A DNA stretch of 32,000 nt from an uncultured bacterium (GTDB taxonomy: Bacteria > Margulisbacteria > WOR-1 > CAVSGV01): contig OY969425.1 in the NCBI GenBank assembly GCA_963699255.1, positions 840,001 through 872,000 on the forward strand, written 5' to 3'. A model generated the notes under the pieces. The model did no database searches. It was given only the letters and a program-made list of their open reading frames with translations, and was not told the DNA's origin. The position numbers and the translations under genes are program-made. Shown piece after piece: positions 24,869 to 29,638 of the stretch (positions are counted from its first letter, which is position 1; every line of letters begins with the position of its first letter).

Positions 24869-26209
24869 CTATAATGTTTCTAGGTATTTGTCGATCTCCC
24901 ATGGCGTTATCTGCATCCTGTAGTCATCGAACTCCGCAGCCTTTGCCGCGACAAAATGTTCAAAAGCGTGCTTGCCAAGCGCCTGTTTCACAACCTCATC
25001 CTTTTTAAGCTCTTCCACGGCTCTGGCAATAGAAAAAGGAAGCATGTCTATCTTGTATTCGTTAAGTTTGGCCTGGTCGAATTCATAAACGTCCTCTTCC
25101 ACGGGTTTTGGAGGCTTCATTCCCCTCTTTATTCCATCAAGGCCGGCATAAAGCATCACGGCAAATGCAAGATAAGGATTGCAGGAAGGATCGGGGCATC
25201 TGAGTTCAAGCCTTGTTGACTGCTCCCTTCCCGGAGAGTATCTCGGTATCCTTATAAGCGCTGACCTGTTGATCTGCGCCCAGCAGATATATACAGGGGC
25301 TTCATATCCGGAAACAAGCCTTTTGTATGAGTTCACCGTAGGCGCGAGGATGGAAGTAAGAGCTTTTGCATGGAAAAGCTCCCCGGCCATGAAATTATAG
25401 GCGATCTCGGATAGTTTGTATTTATCTTTGGCGTCAAAGAAAGCGTTCTTTTCACCCTTGAACAAAGATTGATGGACGTGCATTCCGCTGCCGGCCTGTT
25501 TATAGAGCGGCTTCGGCATGAACGAAGCATACAGCCCGTGGTCCGAGGCAATGGACTTTATCACATACTTGAGCGTTATCGTATTATCGGCAGAAGAAAG
25601 CGCATCGGAATATTTGACGTCTATTTCGTGCTGGCCGGGACCGCATTCGTGGTGCGACATCTCCGGGACCATTCCCATCTTCTCCAGAGCAAAGATTATA
25701 TCTTCGCGCACGTCGCTGGCAAGGTCCTTCGCCGGATAATCAAAATAACCTCCGATATCGTGAGGGGTGGTCGTGATGCGCCCGTCGTCTTTTTTCATGA
25801 GATAGAACTCCACTTCAGGGCCTGTATAGAACGCGAATCCAAGTTTACCGGCTTCGGCGACCGCCCTTTTCAGTATCGATCTCGGGTCGCCTTCAAAAGG
25901 CTCACCTTCAGGCGTATGAACGTCGCATATGAAGCGGGCGGATTCCTTGCCCTCCACCTTCCACGGTATGATCTGGTAAGTATTCGGGTCAGGAACAAGG
26001 ATCATGTCAGATTCGCATATCCTGACAAATCCCTGTATGGAGGAGCCATCGAACCATATGCCCTTATCAAGGATGTCGGATAGCCTTTCCACGGGGACCG
26101 TCACGCTTTTGATCATTCCCAGAATATCGGTGAACTGAAGAAAAATGAATTTGATCTTGTCGGACTTTGCTTTTGCCAGAACTTCCTTGGCCAGTGCGGA
26201 TAACGCCAT
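24869..26209 (-). CDS. glnA: Glutamine synthetase, type I, second paralog (446 aa)
   Basis: It carries the same GSI motifs as copy 1 (WFDGSSIQGF, HHECGPGQHEID, AGSGMHVHQSL, APTVNSYKRLVSGYEAP, NRSALIRIP), with SD AAGGGAGG. Confidence 0.95.
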   Translation of the reverse strand: MALSALAKEVLAKAKSDKIKFIFLQFTDILGMIKSVTVPVERLSDILDKGIWFDGSSIQGFVRICESDMILVPDPNTYQIIPWKVEGKESARFICDVHTPEGEPFEGDPRSILKRAVAEAGKLGFAFYTGPEVEFYLMKKDDGRITTTPHDIGGYFDYPAKDLASDVREDIIFALEKMGMVPEMSHHECGPGQHEIDVKYSDALSSADNTITLKYVIKSIASDHGLYASFMPKPLYKQAGSGMHVHQSLFKGEKNAFFDAKDKYKLSEIAYNFMAGELFHAKALTSILAPTVNSYKRLVSGYEAPVYICWAQINRSALIRIPRYSPGREQSTRLELRCPDPSCNPYLAFAVMLYAGLDGIKRGMKPPKPVEEDVYEFDQAKLNEYKIDMLPFSIARAVEELKKDEVVKQALGKHAFEHFVAAKAAEFDDYRMQITPWEIDKYLETL

Positions 26210-26240
26210 ACTAACGCCTCCCTTTATTTTAGATGTTTTG

Positions 26241-26269
26241 ATTATATAATATGCTTAAATTTTAGGCAA
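26241..26269 (-). promoter_or_regulatory. Sigma-70 promoter of glnA copy 2, with motif A copy 3 embedded at 26252-26268
   Basis: The - strand reads TTGCCT, 17 nt, TATAAT. The palindrome TGCTTAAATTTTAGGCA (+ strand) covers the -35 element and most of the spacer. Confidence 0.65.
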
Positions 26270-26274
26270 TCGGA

Positions 26275-26310
26275 ATAAAAAACGGCGCCCCGGCATATTG
26301 TCGGGGCGCC
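26275..26310 (-). terminator. Intrinsic terminator of gdhA
   Basis: The - strand forms a perfect 9-bp GC stem, GGCGCCCCG/acaatatgc/CGGGGCGCC, followed by GTTTTTTATT. Confidence 0.85.
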
Positions 26311-26332
26311 GCATACTTACCTGGGACCTTTT

Positions 26333-27670
26333 CTACACTAAACCCTGGTCGAGCATTGCATCGGCAACTTTTATGAACCCGGCTATGTTCGCGCCGTCCA
26401 TGTAATTAATGAAGTCACCCTGTTTCCCCTGTTTGACGCAATTCTCATGGATATTGATCATTATCTCATGAAGTCTCTTGTCGACTTCTTCCCTGCCCCA
26501 GCTCAACCTCATGCTGTTCTGGCTCATCTCGAGCCCCGATGTCGCCACTCCTCCGGCATTCGCCGCTTTTGCCGGTCCGTAAAGGATCTTTGCCTTAAGG
26601 TAGACCTCGATCGCTTCCGGGGTTGACGGCATGTTCGCGCCTTCCGCAACGCACATGCATCCATTCTTAATGAGAGCTTCCGCATCGGCGCCGCTCACTT
26701 CGTTCTGCGTCGCGCACGGGAGAGCTATGTCGCATTCGATATGCCACGGCCTTTTCCCTTCCAGGAATTGGCATCCGTACTTATTGGCATATTCTTTTAT
26801 TCTGCCCCTCTTATTGTTCTTGAGATCCAGCACGTATGCCAGCTTTTCTTCGGTTATCCCATGCGGATCATGGACCGTTCCGTGCGAGTCTGATAATGTA
26901 ATGACCTTTGCCCCAAGCTGCATCGCCCTTTCAGCCGCATACTGAGCGACATTGCCGGAACCGGAGATCGTAACCGTTTTACCCTTGAACGACTGTTTCC
27001 TGGTCTTGAGCTGTTCTTCGGCAAAATAAACCAGGCCGTATCCGGTCGCTTCCGGCCTTATCAGGCTTCCGCCCCAGCCAAGCCCCTTTCCTGTCAGAAC
27101 GCCGGTAAATTCATTCCTCAGTCTCTTGTACTGGCCGTACATGAAACCTATTTCTCTTCCTCCAACGCCAATATCACCGGCCGGGACATCCGTGTCCGGA
27201 CCGATGTGCTTGGAAAGCTCCGTCATGAAGCTCTGCAAGAATCTCATTACTTCGTTATCCGACTTGCCCTTCGGGTCAAAATTGGATCCGCCTTTTCCTC
27301 CGCCCATCGGGAGCGTGGTCAGGCTGTTCTTGAAAACCTGCTCGAATCCCAGGAATTTCAACAGACCAAGATAAACCGTGGGATGCAAACGAAGTCCCCC
27401 TTTATATGGCCCTATGGCGCTGTTGAATTCCACCCTGTATCCTTTATTTACCTGTACTTCTCTGCTGTCATCCATCCACGGCACCCTGAACATTATCACT
27501 CTTTCCGGCTCCACTATCCTCTCGAGTATCTTTGCTTTTTCATATTTCGGGTTCTTTTCCAGGAACGGAAGAAGCGATTTCACTACTTCCTCTACAGCCT
27601 GATGGAACTCCGGCTCCCCAGGATTATCCGCAACTAACTTACTCATAAAAGCTTTTACTTTTGTCGCCAT
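26333..27670 (-). CDS. gdhA: Glutamate dehydrogenase (hexameric, NADP-type family)
   Basis: Motifs include KGGLRLHP, LPMGGGKGGS (catalytic Lys region) and the Rossmann motif GSGNVAQYAA. SD is AAAGGAGAG. Confidence 0.95.
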   Translation of the reverse strand: MATKVKAFMSKLVADNPGEPEFHQAVEEVVKSLLPFLEKNPKYEKAKILERIVEPERVIMFRVPWMDDSREVQVNKGYRVEFNSAIGPYKGGLRLHPTVYLGLLKFLGFEQVFKNSLTTLPMGGGKGGSNFDPKGKSDNEVMRFLQSFMTELSKHIGPDTDVPAGDIGVGGREIGFMYGQYKRLRNEFTGVLTGKGLGWGGSLIRPEATGYGLVYFAEEQLKTRKQSFKGKTVTISGSGNVAQYAAERAMQLGAKVITLSDSHGTVHDPHGITEEKLAYVLDLKNNKRGRIKEYANKYGCQFLEGKRPWHIECDIALPCATQNEVSGADAEALIKNGCMCVAEGANMPSTPEAIEVYLKAKILYGPAKAANAGGVATSGLEMSQNSMRLSWGREEVDKRLHEIMINIHENCVKQGKQGDFINYMDGANIAGFIKVADAMLDQGLV

Positions 27671-27690
27671 TTTTTCTCTCCTTTTCTGTC

Positions 27691-27746
27691 AATAAAAAAC
27701 GCCTCCGCTTAATCAAAACCTCATTGTCTTAATTAAACGTAAGGCG
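27691..27746 (-). terminator. Leader terminator (attenuator) inside the gdhA 5' UTR
   Basis: The - strand sequence CGCCTTACGTTTAATTAAGAC/AATGAG/GTTTTGATTAAGCGGAGGCG forms about 19 bp with two single-nt bulges, followed by TTTTTTATT. It ends 20 nt before the gdhA ATG, and I see no promoter between it and the ATG. Confidence 0.7.
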
Positions 27747-27782
27747 CCGTTGCCCGACATTTATTTGATCTATACAGTAGAT

Positions 27783-27811
27783 ATTTTATTAAAACCGGGG
27801 ATGATTGTCAA
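27783..27811 (-). promoter_or_regulatory. Sigma-70 promoter of gdhA
   Basis: The - strand reads TTGACA, 17 nt, TAAAAT. The predicted TSS is near 27776, giving a leader of about 105 nt. Confidence 0.65.
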
Positions 27812-27818
27812 ATAATAT

Positions 27819-28580
27819 TTATTGCGGGTTTGCTTCCTGCGCGGATATCAGCTCTTCGGCGATCTCTTTCATGGATTTTCTGCTGTCCATGCTCTGTTTT
27901 TGCAGCTTCCTGTAAGCCTCTTCCTCAGACAGCCCTTCACTTTTCATGATCATGCCCTTTGCTTTCTCGGTCAGCTTTCTTTCCTCCAGCCTTACGGCGA
28001 GCATTTCCTTCTCTTCTGCAAGCTTCCTGTTCGATATCGCTATCGCCGCCTGATTCGCGACCGCGGAAACAAGCCTGATCTCGCCGGCGGTGAACTTGTG
28101 CGGCCTGGAAGTGTAGCTGTTCAATACCCCAATAGCCTTTCCTTTCACGATGAGAGGGACCGCAAGCATTGAACAGAGTTTTTCTTTTTTTGCTATCTCC
28201 GGGAACATGTAATCCGGTTCCTTTTTTACGTCAAGCACCGTTATCGGCTTTTTTTTGCTGACCGCCTTCCCGCTGATCGACTGGCCGACCTTTACATTCG
28301 GCTTGTCTGTGTAACTATCGCTTAAGCTCTGCGTGGCGGCAAGCCGGAGCTCTTTCTCGTTTTCACTTAGCAACATCAGGGAGCATATCTTGGAGCCCAT
28401 GACCTCAGCCGTCATCGCGACAATTATCTTCAGGATATCATCAAGGTACATGTCCGAAACGATGGCGGTGCTTACCTTGCCAAGAGTTTCAATTTCTTTT
28501 TGGAGCGATCGGGATGATTTTGTCATTGATATATTTCCTAAATTTTCCCTGACGATAGATTGGCTGGGAACTCGAGTCAT
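27819..28580 (-). CDS. GAF-ANTAR RNA-binding antiterminator-type regulator
   Basis: The GAF region is LDDILKIIVAMTAEVMGSKICSLMLL...GKAIGVLNSY. The C-terminal ANTAR domain is ERKLTEKAKGMIMKSEGLSEEEAYRKLQKQSMDSRKSMKEIAEELI. ATG 28526 (SD AGGAAA) is an alternative start. Confidence 0.85.
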   Translation of the reverse strand: MTRVPSQSIVRENLGNISMTKSSRSLQKEIETLGKVSTAIVSDMYLDDILKIIVAMTAEVMGSKICSLMLLSENEKELRLAATQSLSDSYTDKPNVKVGQSISGKAVSKKKPITVLDVKKEPDYMFPEIAKKEKLCSMLAVPLIVKGKAIGVLNSYTSRPHKFTAGEIRLVSAVANQAAIAISNRKLAEEKEMLAVRLEERKLTEKAKGMIMKSEGLSEEEAYRKLQKQSMDSRKSMKEIAEELISAQEANPQ

Positions 28581-28598
28581 CTTCGAACTTTCTCGATA

Positions 28599-28627
28599 AT
28601 TCTACCTAATACTATCCACGGGAGCAA
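28599..28627 (-). promoter_or_regulatory. Sigma-70 promoter of the GAF-ANTAR gene
   Basis: The - strand reads TTGCTC, 17 nt, TAGAAT. Confidence 0.5.
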
Positions 28628-28640
28628 GAAGCACTTATGA

Positions 28641-28684
28641 CTACCGATACTGTGACTTAGCCGGGGAGTTTCACAGTATCCCTC
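28641..28684. repeat. Inverted pair of the 19-bp CGGnTAnTTCACAGTATC site (left cluster)
   Basis: GATACTGTGA (28646-28655) and TCACAGTATC (28671-28680) are perfect 10-bp inverted repeats 15 bp apart, centred on CCGG. The flanks match the right-hand copies. Confidence 0.7.
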
Positions 28685-28694
28685 TATATACGAT

Positions 28695-28747
28695 ACGCGT
28701 ACACAGGCACGTACGCACGAGCGCAGGCGCGCGGCCAAGCGCGCACT
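28695..28747. other. GC-rich tract of about 53 bp with almost continuous purine-pyrimidine alternation
   Basis: Alternating runs are ACGCGTACACA, CACGTACGCACG, GCGCA, GCGCGCG and GCGCGCAC. The tract includes the hairpin GCGCGC/ggccaa/GCGCGC (28727-28744) and abuts an AT-rich stretch (28750-28815). Confidence 0.5.
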
Positions 28748-29324
28748 AGGTATTTATTAATTAATATAATACGTATTCATTTGTACAGTTGATTGATAGC
28801 TGTTGTTCATTAGCATTAGAGAAAGACAAAGGATCAATGACTTTGGATATGAACACGAACAGAAGACAGAAGAACCTGACCCAAAGAGTTGAAGACACGC
28901 TGAGAGCTTGAAGTTATTGCTGTTCACACAGCCAAAGAAGCTTTCGGGATCCTCGAAAAGAAGAAGCTCATTGTCCCGCTACGCTGGACGGGACAAGCTG
29001 TCCGTCACAAAGATTGTTCGACTCGTGGCTCTTGAGGAACGTTCCCTGCCACGATGGGCCCGCCAAAGGCCAAGGCAGGCGAAGCTGGTCTGTCTGCTTA
29101 ATCTGAGCGTTTCCAGAGCGGAATGAAGGCATTCCTTGAGCCTCCTCAAGTGATTGCTCATTGTATTTCTGTGTTGCTTTTTCCATGGTTCCGCCAAAGG
29201 AGAATGACCAACTACCAATGAACAATGCCCCCGCCTTCGCCGAGGCTTCCGCCAGAGGCGGACAAGTCGACAGGCAGGTAATTAAGGTGTGCTACGCACA
29301 TTCAAAGGAGAAAGACCATAACTC

Positions 29325-29453
29325 CTGCTCCGCCTCCGGCGGTATTTGACTTTGTGTCATGCCGCCCGCCAATGCCCGCCAAAGAAAAGAACCAAAGCTA
29401 CTGCTCCGCCTTCGGCGGTATTTGTCTTCGTGTTGTGCCGCGCCGCCCGCCAA
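29325..29453 (+). repeat. Two direct repeats of about 50 bp, each starting with a small GC hairpin
   Basis: Copy A (29325-29372) is CTGCTCCGCCTCCGGCGGTATTTGACTTTGTGTCATGCCGCCCGCCAA. Copy B (29401-29453) is CTGCTCCGCCTTCGGCGGTATTTGTCTTCGTGTTGTGCCGCGCCGCCCGCCAA. Each has a CCGCC/GGCGG hairpin followed by TATTTG. Confidence 0.7.
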
Positions 29454-29541
29454 ACCACTCCCAAAATGATTGGGGAAAGAATCCGCAAAACCAAGCATGA
29501 AAAATGAGCAAAAACTGATGAAATCCTGAGGCCAAAAACAA

Positions 29542-29602
29542 GCGGTTACTTCACAGTATCCTACCGGGTATTCCACAGTATCGAGCGGTTAGTTCACAGT
29601 AA
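29542..29602 (+). repeat. Three phased direct copies of the 19-bp site (right cluster), abutting the promoter of 29639-31108
   Basis: The copies are GCGGTTACTTCACAGTATC (29542-29560), CGGGTATTCCACAGTATC (29565-29582) and GCGGTTAGTTCACAGTAAG (29584-29602). The CACAGTA cores start at 29552, 29574 and 29595, a spacing of 22 and 21 bp. Confidence 0.75.
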
Positions 29603-29603
29603 G

Positions 29604-29632
29604 TTGACTTTTTAAGCCCCAAGGGTGATAAT
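29604..29632 (+). promoter_or_regulatory. Sigma-70 promoter predicting a leaderless mRNA for 29639-31108
   Basis: TTGACT (29604-29609), 17 nt, then GATAAT (29627-32). The seventh nt after the -10 element is the A of ATG 29639, and there is no SD. Confidence 0.55.
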
Positions 29633-29638
29633 TCCCCC

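Noticed and set aside
466-28599. Numerous antisense or overlapping ORFs of 60-200 aa in the track, for example 466-903(-), 1195-1755(-), 6361-6942(-), 9349-9855(-), 13348-13776(+), 16134-16484(+), 19314-19598(+), 23194-23550(-), 25469-26083(+) and 27206-27637(+).
   Set aside because: They lie inside or opposite strongly supported genes (GH26, mfd, gltBD, glnA, gdhA and others). Their composition is Arg/Pro/Ser/Cys-rich or otherwise unprotein-like, and they have no SD. They are shadow ORFs.
28609-28620. A DnaA-box-like CTATCCACG near the AT-rich block, as evidence for a replication origin.
   Set aside because: It is a single copy matching 7 of 9 positions. It lies inside the ANTAR promoter spacer, and there is no cluster of boxes. 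The evidence is insufficient.
29025-29060. A glutamine riboswitch or other known nitrogen riboswitch, around the GGAACGTTCC palindrome and in the leaders of glnA, amtB and gdhA.
   Set aside because: I could not find the conserved glnA-motif core (CGUUCA...GGAAGUAGG...AAGGAACG) here or in any leader. The glnA leaders are only about 20-25 nt long.
28838-29349. Small ORFs in the ORF-free region: the 24-aa MTLDMNTNRRQKNLTQRVEDTLRA at 28838, the 72-aa ORF at 28908-29126, the 85-aa ORF at 28968-29225(-) and the 43-aa ORF starting at 29218.
   Set aside because: None has a correctly spaced SD. The sequences are low-complexity or highly basic, and they overlap one another on both strands. I cannot support any of them as genes.
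28646-29602. Tn7-like or other DDE transposon ends, suggested by the TGT...ACA termini with multiple 22-bp binding sites.
   Set aside because: There is no transposase, TnsB/TniA or TniQ gene in the window, and the bracketed segment carries no genes. The left end has two oppositely oriented copies rather than a one-directional array. I keep it only as a generic 'TIR-like' remark.
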